DNA from: Bacteroidales bacterium
Lineage (GTDB): Bacteria > Bacteroidota > Bacteroidia > Bacteroidales > GWA2-32-17
DNA: 64,000 nt
Assembly (NCBI GenBank): GCA_013314715.1
Contig: JABUFC010000011.1
Coordinates: forward strand, 589 to 64,588
Direction of reading: 5' to 3'
Shown here: positions 1 to 10,338 of the stretch, one piece after another
Numbering within the stretch: position 1 is the first letter of the stretch
Layout: each line of letters begins with the position of its first letter
Notes under the pieces: generated by a model
Databases searched by the model: none
What the model saw: the letters and a program-made list of their open reading frames with translations, nothing else
Told to the model about the DNA's origin: nothing
Program-made: the position numbers and the translations under genes

Positions 1-2327
1 TTTATAGAAGCGATTTAATTTCTGATGAACAAAAAGATAAAATTGTAAGTTACAAGAATTATGATAATAACGGGAATTGGTATATTCTTTTGGATGAAGC
101 ACACAAAGGAGATCGCGAAGATAGTAAAAGACAAATATTTTATTCCATCTTGAGTAGAAATGGTTTTATTTTTAACTTTTCTGCAACATTTACAGATGAT
201 AGAGATTATGCAACCTGTGTTTATAACTTTAACCTTGCAAGGTTTATCGAAGAGGGATATGGCAAACATATTTATATTTCAAAAGAAAATATAAAAGCAT
301 TAGAAAATAAACAAACAGTCGTAGAAACAGAAAAGCAAAAAATTCTACTTAAAATATTTATTTTACAAGCTGCTATAAATAAGCAATTTGAAGAAATTAG
401 GAATAATTCCAATAATTTATACCATAAACCACTTTTACTTACACTTGTTAATTCTGTAAATACAGACGATTCTGATTTGGAATTGTTTTTCATAGAAATT
501 GAAAAAATTGCATCAGGCATTGGTAATAAAGATATTTTGGAAAAAGCAAAAGAGGAAATTATTGCAGAACTTTCATCAGAAACAGCAAAATTTGAGTTTG
601 AAGAAAATCAATTAAACCAAAATTTACAGGAAATTATTAAAGGTTTAGGTTATCATGATATTTTAAACTATGTTTTTAATGCTTCTACAAACGGAAAAAT
701 CGAAGTTTTAAAGATACCATCAAACAAGCAAGAATTGATATTTAAACTGACTACTTCCGATAGACCATTTGCTTTAATGAAAATTGGAGATATAACAGAA
801 TGGATTAAAACTAAGCTTAGCAATTATGAAATTATTGAAAAATTTGATAACGAAAGCATTTTCAGAAATATTAATAATAATGAAGATATTTCAATATTAA
901 TGGGTTCTCGTTCTTTTTATGAAGGATGGGACAGCAATAGACCTAATATCATTTTGTTTATCAATATCGGAAAGGGTACAGATGCCAAAAAATTTGTTCT
1001 TCAATCTATTGGACGAGGAGTAAGAATAGAACCATTGCCTAATAAACGAAGAAGAGCACTCTATCTTTATAATAATAACGAAATTGATAAGAATATTTTT
1101 GAAAAAATAAAAGATAATATTGAACCTCTTGAAAGTTTATATGTATTTGGAACAAAAGCCGATAACTTAAAAGAAGTTGTAGAAACATTAAAACAAGAAA
1201 AACCCGAAGTTTTACTTGGCGATTTGTTTGAAATCAATCCTGCTGTTAAAGACAAAGTCCTAATTATTCCTGTTTACCGTGATTCAGACAAAATCATTGT
1301 AGAAGAAAAAGATGTTGTGAAATATCCTATTCATCCCGATGATTACCAAATGGTGAACGATTTCTTTAACTGCATTGGAGATAAAATAGCATTATGCAAA
1401 TTTGACTGCGATGTAAGAGTATTAAATAAACTAAAAGAAGTTTTTAATGGACATAAGAGTGCATATTTTATTGAGACAAAAGACCAAATAAAAATCAATA
1501 ATCCAGAATTTTTATTACGAAATATATTTAAGCATTTTTCCAATAAAGCTAAAGAGTTTAAAACATTCAAAAAACTTGAAGAAGAAATTATTCATTTCAA
1601 GCGGATAAACATTACAGCTGATAAGTTAAATTCTTTACGTGAAAAAATTGAAAAAGTTAAGAAAGCAAAAGATAAAGATCAATTAAAAAAAGAAATAAAA
1701 GAAAAATTCGAGAAAAAAGAAATTGATATTGATGAATATACGAGACAAATAGAAAATTTGTCAACAAATATAGTGAAAGAAACAGAAAGCAAATATTCAA
1801 CAAATGAAAATTTAAAGATAAAATATATTGCTAACCATTACTACTTGCCAGTTGCATTAACAGAATCCGAAAGAGCAGATTTTATACAGCACATTATAAA
1901 ACATAAGAGCGAAGTAGATTTCATAAATGAATTGGAAAATTATTTACAACAAGAAAATAATTATTTTAGCCAATTCGATTGGTGGTTTTTTTCGAAAATT
2001 GACGAAACATTAGATGAAATTTATATTCCTTATTACAATCCTAAGACAAACAGAATCGATAAGTTTAAACCTGACTTTATTTTCTGGCTCAAAAAAGGTG
2101 ATGAATATACCATTCTCTTTGTTGATCCAAAAGGTACAGAACACTCAGATGCATATAGAAAGATTGATGGATATAAAAGAATGTTTGGAACAAAAGCTGG
2201 TAATTATAATAACCTAAAGATTAAGGTGAAATTGTTGCTAAAAACATCTGATTTGGCTAAAGTTGAAGAAGAATATAAAAATTATTGGTTTGATAGTCTA
2301 ATTAATTTGAAAACAATGTTGCCCTAA
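1..2327 (+). CDS. SF2 DEAH-box helicase, type III restriction Res-like, with C-terminal PD-(D/E)xK-like nuclease motif (5' end outside window)
   Basis: Frame 3 is open from nt 3 (YRSDLISDEQ...NWYILLDEAHKG), so the ORF-track start at 90 is an internal TTG. Helicase motifs are II LLDEAH (nt 87-104), III FSATF and VI QSIGRGVRI. The C-terminus KPDFIFW...ILFVDPKGTEH resembles a PD...(D/E)xK core. The gene is very AT-rich (13/60 GC in a hand-counted sample at 1621-1680). Confidence 0.6.
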   Translation, partial: YRSDLISDEQKDKIVSYKNYDNNGNWYILLDEAHKGDREDSKRQIFYSILSRNGFIFNFSATFTDDRDYATCVYNFNLARFIEEGYGKHIYISKENIKALENKQTVVETEKQKILLKIFILQAAINKQFEEIRNNSNNLYHKPLLLTLVNSVNTDDSDLELFFIEIEKIASGIGNKDILEKAKEEIIAELSSETAKFEFEENQLNQNLQEIIKGLGYHDILNYVFNASTNGKIEVLKIPSNKQELIFKLTTSDRPFALMKIGDITEWIKTKLSNYEIIEKFDNESIFRNINNNEDISILMGSRSFYEGWDSNRPNIILFINIGKGTDAKKFVLQSIGRGVRIEPLPNKRRRALYLYNNNEIDKNIFEKIKDNIEPLESLYVFGTKADNLKEVVETLKQEKPEVLLGDLFEINPAVKDKVLIIPVYRDSDKIIVEEKDVVKYPIHPDDYQMVNDFFNCIGDKIALCKFDCDVRVLNKLKEVFNGHKSAYFIETKDQIKINNPEFLLRNIFKHFSNKAKEFKTFKKLEEEIIHFKRINITADKLNSLREKIEKVKKAKDKDQLKKEIKEKFEKKEIDIDEYTRQIENLSTNIVKETESKYSTNENLKIKYIANHYYLPVALTESERADFIQHIIKHKSEVDFINELENYLQQENNYFSQFDWWFFSKIDETLDEIYIPYYNPKTNRIDKFKPDFIFWLKKGDEYTILFVDPKGTEHSDAYRKIDGYKRMFGTKAGNYNNLKIKVKLLLKTSDLAKVEEEYKNYWFDSLINLKTMLP

Positions 2328-2631
2328 ATAATTTAAAAATAAAAAATTTATTATAGATAATGGTATATGTTTCATAGATAACACTTTTTTATTTCAATTT
2401 ATACAGAAAATAATGATAGGTATGGGTTGTAAATTTTTATATTTTTAACAAATGGCGGGCCTAACCATTATCATTAAATCAATTTGTGAATAGCATGTAA
2501 TAGAAATTCCTTCATACTTGAATTATTAACAACTACTACTTTTTTTATTTTTAAATTTATTTTGATTGGACGTTTCATTAAGATACTGGTTTTAAGTGTA
2601 GCAAACTTTTTTTGTTTATTTAAAAAAGTCA

Positions 2632-2639
2632 TATCTTTG
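2632..2639 (+). promoter_or_regulatory. Bacteroidota -7 promoter box TAtcTTTG upstream of pgk
   Basis: Exact TAnnTTTG match 17 nt upstream of the pgk ATG. The motif is short, so a single hit is weak evidence. Confidence 0.4.
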
Positions 2640-2656
2640 TCAAAAACAACCTTAAA

Positions 2657-3943
2657 ATGAAAAACGAATTACCTATTAAAGGCATACAAGAAGCCGATTT
2701 AAATGGAAAAATAGTCCTTGTTCGTGTCGATCATAATGTAGTTAAAAAAGGAGTTATTTACGACCCTTACCGAATTGATGCCACCTTAGGAACTTTATAT
2801 TACATTAATGCAAAAGGTGGTAAAATTATATTAATGACCCATGTTGGACGTCCTAAAAATAAAAAAACAGGCGAAATAGAAATCAACGAAAATACTTCCG
2901 TGCAGCCCATAGTTGATTATTTACAAAATAAATTACATATAAACATAGGTGTTCCAGAATTTACCCGAGATGGAAATTATGGCTATTTTGGTATCGAAAC
3001 TTCTGTCAACCATATGATTCGTGAATTAAAAGAAGGGAAGTTAGATGCCATTTATTTGCCCAACACTCGTTGGTTTAAGGGCGAAGAAGCCAAAGGCGAA
3101 GAAAGTAATCGTTTTGCTAATCAATTAGCCGGTTTAGCCGATATATTTGTAAACGATGCTTTTGGTTCATGGCAACCCCATGCTTCTACTGTAAAGGTTA
3201 ATCAATATTTACCATCGTATGCAGGCTTTTTGATGCAAAAAGAACTCATCAATTTAGAACGTATTTTTAATCCCAATAAACCCTTTTTAGCTGTAGTTGC
3301 TGGCTCTAAATTCGATACCAAAATTGATTCACTATATGCTTTACTGCAAAAAGCCGATTATTTAATGCTCGGAGGTGTTATTTATAATGCCTATTTAGCA
3401 GCAAAATACAATATTCATATTAAAGGCATTGAAGACGAAGACTTAGCACATGCCAAAAATTTTGTAGAGTTTGCTCAAAAATATCAGGAAAAAATCATAG
3501 AATGTCCTTATATTGTAGAGTCCGATACGCTAGAGGGGAAAATTGAAGGTCGTTATCGTGTTCATGATATTCGAAAACTACAGTCTGGAACTGCCTTAAA
3601 TTATGTACTCGATGTGGCTGCCGATAATTTTAAAGAACCACATATTGTTGACGTTTTTCACAAAGCCAAAACTATTTTTGTAAATGCCGTTATGGGTTTT
3701 ATGCCATATTTTAACGAAGGCACCATAGCACTCGATCAAATTATCGACGAAAGTCCCGACTCGGTAAAGCTATATGGCGGTGGCGATACCATGCAAGAAC
3801 TCAAACGCTTATTACCGGGTTTGTATATCGTAGCTCTTGATAGCCCTCGTTATTATATTTTTACAGGTGGCGGAGCGGTGCTTAAAGCTATTCAGGAAGG
3901 AACTTATACAGGTATAGAACCTGTAAAAGTGTTAATGAAATAA
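2657..3943 (+). CDS. pgk: phosphoglycerate kinase (divergent, 428 aa)
   Basis: N-terminal LVRVDHNV and MTHVGRPK, plus C-terminal YGGGDT and FTGGGAVLKAIQEG, match the conserved PGK GGGD(S/T) and (S/T)TGGGA regions. Confidence 0.8.
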   Translation: MKNELPIKGIQEADLNGKIVLVRVDHNVVKKGVIYDPYRIDATLGTLYYINAKGGKIILMTHVGRPKNKKTGEIEINENTSVQPIVDYLQNKLHINIGVPEFTRDGNYGYFGIETSVNHMIRELKEGKLDAIYLPNTRWFKGEEAKGEESNRFANQLAGLADIFVNDAFGSWQPHASTVKVNQYLPSYAGFLMQKELINLERIFNPNKPFLAVVAGSKFDTKIDSLYALLQKADYLMLGGVIYNAYLAAKYNIHIKGIEDEDLAHAKNFVEFAQKYQEKIIECPYIVESDTLEGKIEGRYRVHDIRKLQSGTALNYVLDVAADNFKEPHIVDVFHKAKTIFVNAVMGFMPYFNEGTIALDQIIDESPDSVKLYGGGDTMQELKRLLPGLYIVALDSPRYYIFTGGGAVLKAIQEGTYTGIEPVKVLMK

Positions 3944-3971
3944 TTTAAAAAATTGTTTTTAGAATTCGTAA

Positions 3972-5534
<1,563 letters not shown>

Positions 5535-5538
5535 AAAA

Positions 5539-5778
5539 ATGAAAATCGAAATTATAACACCAAAAGATAAACTTTACGAAGGCGAGATTACATTAGTATC
5601 ATTGCCGGGAACACTAGGCGCATTTGAAATATTAAATAATCATGCTCCTATTATTTCTACCCTTATGGCAGGGGAGGTTAAAATTATAGATAAAGAAAAA
5701 AATAATTATATTTTTAAGATAAAAAGTGGTTTGGTAGAGGCATCCAATAATACAATTTGGGTTTTAGCAGAAACTTAA
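5539..5778 (+). CDS. atpC: F1 ATP synthase epsilon subunit (short form, 79 aa)
   Basis: ATG at 5539 lies 4 nt after the atpD stop. MKIEIITPKDKLYEGEITLVSLPGTLGAFEILNNHAPIIS looks like the epsilon beta-sandwich. The ORF-track start at 5473 overlaps atpD and is not used. Confidence 0.8.
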   Translation: MKIEIITPKDKLYEGEITLVSLPGTLGAFEILNNHAPIISTLMAGEVKIIDKEKNNYIFKIKSGLVEASNNTIWVLAET

Positions 5779-5784
5779 ATTATT

Positions 5785-5928
5785 ATTTATGAAATAGCCA
5801 TGAGCACCAATGTATACCAACCGAATATGAAATTATCACTCACCCATAAGCCTTGCTCTTTATTTGAATGGCGTATTCTATCTCGTCAAACTGACGAGAA
5901 AAATTCAGACATCTATTTAAAAAAATAA
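5785..5928 (+). repeat. Copy A of a 144-bp repeated element containing an intact 42-codon ORF (5800..5928)
   Basis: Gap-free alignment to the reverse complement of 41436..41579: 15 identical nt upstream of the ATG, then 107/129 identical. ORF is MSTNVYQPNMKLSLTHKPCSLFEWRILSRQTDEKNSDIYLKK. It ends 13 nt before the co-oriented hydrolase gene. Confidence 0.7.
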
Positions 5929-5941
5929 AAAATAATTACAG

Positions 5942-6676
5942 ATGAAAAAAAATTTACTTTTAGCATGTGCATTTTTTATACCTATGTTTCTTTTTTCGCA
6001 AGAAACAATAACTTTTTGGGCTTCTGACAGTTTGCCTGTAACGGCATCGTATTATGAAAATGATGTAAATAAACCCTATATGCTATTGCTGCATCAAGCA
6101 GGTTATAGTAAGGGCGAATATAAAGAAACAGCTCCTCGATTGATGAACTTAGGTTACAATTGCTTAGCAGTCGATTTACGTTCAGGCGATCAGGTGAATT
6201 TTATTCAAAATGAAACGGCAAAAGAAGCCAAAAAACGTAAGCTTTCAACCGAATATTTAGAGGCTCAAAAAGATATTGAAGCCGCTATAAATTATGCATA
6301 TAATAAAAGTAAAAAGCCAGTTATTTTAGTAGGAAGTTCTTACTCTGCTTCTTTGGCTTTGTTAATAGCTAAAGGAAACGAAAAGGTAAAAGCAGTGGTA
6401 GCATTTTCACCGGGCGAATATTTTGGTTCAAATTTTAAGGTACAATCACAATTAAAAGGATTTGATAAACCTGTTTTTATTGCTTCAACACAACGTGAAT
6501 ACCCTTATATTACCGATTTAGCGAAAAATATTCCTGATAATTTAAAAACAATGTTTAAACCTCAAGAAGGACAGGGTGAACATGGCTCAAAATGCTTATG
6601 GACATCATCGGCTAATAATAAAGAATATTGGTTGGCTATTCTTATGTTTTTCAATAAAATTAATGATAAAAAATAA
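5942..6676 (+). CDS. secreted alpha/beta-fold hydrolase (dienelactone-hydrolase-like)
   Basis: Signal peptide MKKNLLLACAFFIPMFLFSQ, a nucleophile-elbow-like VGSSYSAS, and a late GEHG segment. Family-level call only. Confidence 0.5.
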   Translation: MKKNLLLACAFFIPMFLFSQETITFWASDSLPVTASYYENDVNKPYMLLLHQAGYSKGEYKETAPRLMNLGYNCLAVDLRSGDQVNFIQNETAKEAKKRKLSTEYLEAQKDIEAAINYAYNKSKKPVILVGSSYSASLALLIAKGNEKVKAVVAFSPGEYFGSNFKVQSQLKGFDKPVFIASTQREYPYITDLAKNIPDNLKTMFKPQEGQGEHGSKCLWTSSANNKEYWLAILMFFNKINDKK

Positions 6677-6695
6677 ATATTTTTAAAATTTATAT

Positions 6696-6703
6696 TACAT
6701 TTG
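6696..6703 (+). promoter_or_regulatory. -7 promoter box TAcaTTTG upstream of ssb
   Basis: Exact TAnnTTTG match 23 nt upstream of the ssb ATG. Confidence 0.35.
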
Positions 6704-6726
6704 TATAAACAAATTCAATATCTATT

Positions 6727-7179
6727 ATGGTAAATAAGGTTATTTTAATTGGTAATGTTGGAAAGGATCCTATTATTCGTAATGTAAACGATAATACTCC
6801 TGTAGCAACTTTTACATTAGCCACCAATGAGATTTATAAAGATTCTCAAGGGAATTCGCAAAAGAATACCGAATGGCACAATATTGTAGCATGGCGCAAT
6901 TTAGCTCAATTAGCCGAAAAATTTATACGTAAAGGGAGTCAGATATATGTAGAAGGTAGATTAAGAACTAGAACCTATACCGATAAAGATAATCAACAGC
7001 GTACTATTGTTGAAATTTTAGCTGACAAGATTCAGTTATTAGGCAAAAAAGAAAGCGACGAAAATATTCAATCACAAACCAATGTTGATACTGTTCAGGA
7101 AATGAATCCTAATGTTTCTGGAGATAATATAAACGAAACTTTAAGTACCGATGGCGAAACAGGAGATTTACCTTTTTAA
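6727..7179 (+). CDS. ssb: single-stranded DNA-binding protein
   Basis: OB-fold N-terminus MVNKVILIGNVGKDP...TEWHNIVAWR, a disordered tail, and an acidic C-terminal tip GDLPF. Confidence 0.9.
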   Translation: MVNKVILIGNVGKDPIIRNVNDNTPVATFTLATNEIYKDSQGNSQKNTEWHNIVAWRNLAQLAEKFIRKGSQIYVEGRLRTRTYTDKDNQQRTIVEILADKIQLLGKKESDENIQSQTNVDTVQEMNPNVSGDNINETLSTDGETGDLPF

Positions 7180-7200
7180 TATAAAAAATAAAATTACACT

Positions 7201-8466
7201 TTGTTAGAGTCTGATATGATTGAAATTATTATAGGAGCGATAGCATTGCTATTGCTTCTTTTTTTAAGTGCAATGATGTCGAGTGGAGAGGTAGCTTTTT
7301 TTTCGCTAAAAAAAGCTGATTTAGAGTTGTTAAAGAAAAATGATAAAAAATTATATCAAAAAATAATAACATTATTAAATAACCCTGAAAAATTGTTGGC
7401 TACTATTTTAACAGGGAATAATTTTATCAATATTGCTTTTGTAATTGTTTCGGTTTGGTTTACAAATCGAATTATAGTTTTTAATGGAAATGTAGTTTTA
7501 ATCTTTGTTATCCAAACTATATGTGTTACTATTTTTATACTCATATTTGGCGAAATAATGCCCAAAGCCATTGCTACTCATAACCCTTTAAAAATAGCGG
7601 CCTTTGTTTATCCTTTTATTATAGTTGTTCAAATAATATTTTCTCCCATTATTAGTCTTTTATCTAAAACTACGTTTATAATTAAGAATAAAATAAAGCA
7701 TCATCAAAAAATAAATTTCGATGATTTATCGAATGCCATTGATTTAGCAGCTGACGATTTGAAAGACGAAAAAAAAATTTTAAAAGGAATAGTAAACTTT
7801 GCCAGCATTCGAGTTAAAGAAATTTTAATTCCACGAATGGATGTTAAAACCGTTGACATTAAACATTCATTTAGCCAGATTATTGAACAAATTCGCGAAT
7901 CGGGTTTTAGTCGTATTCCTGTTATTAAAAATTCATTTGATAATATTGTTGGGGTGCTATATATTAAAGATCTTTTGCCACACTTGCATAAAAACGATTT
8001 TAAATGGCAATCGCTAATTCGTCCTCCATACTTTGTACCGGAGTCAAAGTTTATAAATGATTTACTCGAAGAGTTTCAGCAAAAAAAAATTCACATGGCA
8101 ATTGTTATTGATGAATATGGAGGAATGTCAGGTATTGTTACGCTCGAAGATATACTTGAAGAAATTGTGGGCAATATTGACGATGAATTTGATACCGATT
8201 CGCAACCTTTTATAAAAATAAATGATTATACCTACGAAGTAGATGGGAAAATGCTTATAAACGATTTTTGTCATATTGCTAATATAGACGATACTATTTT
8301 CGATGAGGTTAAAGGCGATTCAGAAACCATTGCTGGTTTAATACTTCAACATAGTGAATTGTTACCAAAGGTCAATTATAAAGTACAAATAGCTAATTTT
8401 ACTTTTGTAGTTAAACAAGCCGATAACCGAAGAATAAAAACAGTTCAAATTATTTTACCTCATTAG
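7201..8466 (+). CDS. gldE: CNNM/CorC-HlyC family membrane protein (DUF21 + CBS pair + CorC_HlyC), gliding-motility GldE-like
   Basis: Four N-terminal TM helices, a CBS region and a CorC_HlyC-type C-terminus. The ssb-gldE-gldD order is as I recall it from Flavobacterium johnsoniae. The start may be the ATG at 7216 rather than the TTG at 7201. Confidence 0.65.
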   Translation: MLESDMIEIIIGAIALLLLLFLSAMMSSGEVAFFSLKKADLELLKKNDKKLYQKIITLLNNPEKLLATILTGNNFINIAFVIVSVWFTNRIIVFNGNVVLIFVIQTICVTIFILIFGEIMPKAIATHNPLKIAAFVYPFIIVVQIIFSPIISLLSKTTFIIKNKIKHHQKINFDDLSNAIDLAADDLKDEKKILKGIVNFASIRVKEILIPRMDVKTVDIKHSFSQIIEQIRESGFSRIPVIKNSFDNIVGVLYIKDLLPHLHKNDFKWQSLIRPPYFVPESKFINDLLEEFQQKKIHMAIVIDEYGGMSGIVTLEDILEEIVGNIDDEFDTDSQPFIKINDYTYEVDGKMLINDFCHIANIDDTIFDEVKGDSETIAGLILQHSELLPKVNYKVQIANFTFVVKQADNRRIKTVQIILPH

Positions 8467-8469
8467 TTT

Positions 8470-9042
8470 ATGGGTTATAAGTTTACTTTTTATATTTTAT
8501 TTTTAATTTTATTAAATGCATGTCAATCGAACTATACGCCTAAACCCATGGAATATTTTCGTATAGATTTTCCTCCCAAAAAATATAAACATTACGATAG
8601 TCTTTGTCCTTATCGTTTCGATTTTCCTGATTATGGTCAAATAACCAAAGGTTTGGGCAATCAAGAGCAACATCCATGTTGGATAAATATAGTATTTCCT
8701 TCTTTTAAAGCTACATTATATATTAGTTATTTTAAGATAGAACAGAATTTACCAAAATTGTTGGAAGATTGTCGTTCGTTAGCCTATAAACACGATATAA
8801 AAGCCGATGCTATACACGAAATATTATATGCCGATTCGTTAAATAAAATATATGGAATGGTGTATGAAATAAAAGGTAATGCTGCCTCTCCACTACAATT
8901 TTATCTGACCGATAGCACCCAACACTTTTTACGCGGAAGTTTGTATTTCGATGTTAAACCCAATAAAGATAGCTTAGCACCTGTTATTGATTTTTTACAA
9001 AAAGATGTTAAGCACTTAATCGAAACGTTGCGATGGAAATAA
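8470..9042 (+). CDS. gldD: gliding motility lipoprotein GldD-like
   Basis: Lipoprotein signal with lipobox LLNAC, then YTPKPMEYFRIDFPPKKY, typical of the GldD N-terminus as I recall it. It lies immediately downstream of the gldE-like gene. Confidence 0.55.
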   Translation: MGYKFTFYILFLILLNACQSNYTPKPMEYFRIDFPPKKYKHYDSLCPYRFDFPDYGQITKGLGNQEQHPCWINIVFPSFKATLYISYFKIEQNLPKLLEDCRSLAYKHDIKADAIHEILYADSLNKIYGMVYEIKGNAASPLQFYLTDSTQHFLRGSLYFDVKPNKDSLAPVIDFLQKDVKHLIETLRWK

Positions 9043-9629
9043 TTACCAACAATGAACATTATATACTAGTATTAGATAAAATTAATGATATAACTTTTTA
9101 CCAAAATTATTTACCTGAAAACATTTTATTACAAGCTCAATCGAACTTTAAAAGCCAACAACGTCAATGCGAATGGTTGCATACACATTTTTTAATATAC
9201 AAAATAACAGGCAAATATCAATCATATAGTTTAAATCAGTGGCATAAACCATATTGTAACGAAACGAAGCACCTTATAAGCATTTCGCATACTGAACATT
9301 ATATAACGCTTATGTTGATGTATCGAGGCAGGGGAGGGGTAGATATGGAAGAAACCAATCGGTTATTTATTAAAACATCACTCAAATTTGTTCATAGTAA
9401 CGAAAAAAAATGGGCAAACGAAAATAACGATTTCCGAAAAATTTGGTGTTTTAAAGAAGCTGCTTATAAATTAATAACAAATGCAAGTCCTGATTTTAAA
9501 ACACACTATATTTGTTCATTAAATAATAATAACGCTAATGTAATATATTTGCCTTCATGCAACCATATAAAAATGGAATATATTGAAAATGAAAATTATT
9601 TTCTAACTTGGTGCTTTGAAAAAGAATAA
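9033..9629 (+). CDS. 4'-phosphopantetheinyl transferase superfamily protein
   Basis: PPTase motifs GGVDMEE (GxD.E) and WCFKEAAYK ((F/W)xxKE(A/S)xxK). Overlaps the gldD stop by 10 nt. Confidence 0.65.
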   Translation: MEIITNNEHYILVLDKINDITFYQNYLPENILLQAQSNFKSQQRQCEWLHTHFLIYKITGKYQSYSLNQWHKPYCNETKHLISISHTEHYITLMLMYRGRGGVDMEETNRLFIKTSLKFVHSNEKKWANENNDFRKIWCFKEAAYKLITNASPDFKTHYICSLNNNNANVIYLPSCNHIKMEYIENENYFLTWCFEKE

Positions 9630-9630
9630 C

Positions 9631-10338
9631 ATGGCACTTTTACCATTCCATAAAAAGCAATTGGCGTTACTAATTGACCCCGATAAGGTTAATAACATGC
9701 AATTGACATCTATTTGTCGGCAATTAAAAAAAACACCTTTCGATTTGATTTTAGTGGGGGGTAGTTTGGTTATGGGCGATTTAGATTCAGTAATTGCTTA
9801 TTTAAAGAAACATACATCGTTACCTGTTTATTTATTTCCTGGTAATGCAATGCAACTTTCCGATAAGGCCGATGGTATTTTATTTTTATCGTTGCTTTCG
9901 GGACGCAACCCCGAATATTTAATAGGCCAGCAAGTAATTGCTGCGCCTATATTAAAACGTATGCAATTAGATGTAGTATCGGTTGCCTATATGCTTATCG
10001 AAAGCGGAAAAACTACCAGTGTAGAATACATGAGTAATACTAAACCCATACCTTCTGATAAAATAGATATTATTGTAGCTACTGCACTTGCAGCTGAGTA
10101 TTTAGGCTTTAAGATGATTTATTTAGAAGCGGGGAGTGGGGCTTTAAAACCTGTTTCGCAAGAAATAATAAAAAGCATTGCGGAGCAAGTACATATTCCT
10201 ATAATTGTTGGTGGAGGCATTCACAATGTTCATATCGCACAAAATTGTTACAATGCAGGAGCTTCGATGGTAGTTATTGGTTCTGCTATTGAACAAGATG
10301 TGCGTAAAATTAACGAATTCAATTCTTTACAAAAGTAG
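9631..10338 (+). CDS. geranylgeranylglyceryl/heptaprenylglyceryl phosphate synthase family protein (PcrB/GGGPS-like)
   Basis: LILVGGS, YLEAGSGA and IIVGGGI motifs of the GGGPS TIM barrel. The ATG at 9631 lies 1 nt after the upstream stop; the ORF-track start at 9616 overlaps that gene. Confidence 0.75.
   Translation: MALLPFHKKQLALLIDPDKVNNMQLTSICRQLKKTPFDLILVGGSLVMGDLDSVIAYLKKHTSLPVYLFPGNAMQLSDKADGILFLSLLSGRNPEYLIGQQVIAAPILKRMQLDVVSVAYMLIESGKTTSVEYMSNTKPIPSDKIDIIVATALAAEYLGFKMIYLEAGSGALKPVSQEIIKSIAEQVHIPIIVGGGIHNVHIAQNCYNAGASMVVIGSAIEQDVRKINEFNSLQK

Noticed and set aside
2328-2656. 329-nt non-coding gap after the helicase gene, inspected for an sRNA, att site or tRNA
   Set aside because: There is only a loose inverted repeat (AATGATAGG...CCATTATCATT, about 2412-2475) and a pgk -7 box. 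I saw no conserved-looking structure, no repeat shared with other parts of the window, and no ORF longer than 15 codons.
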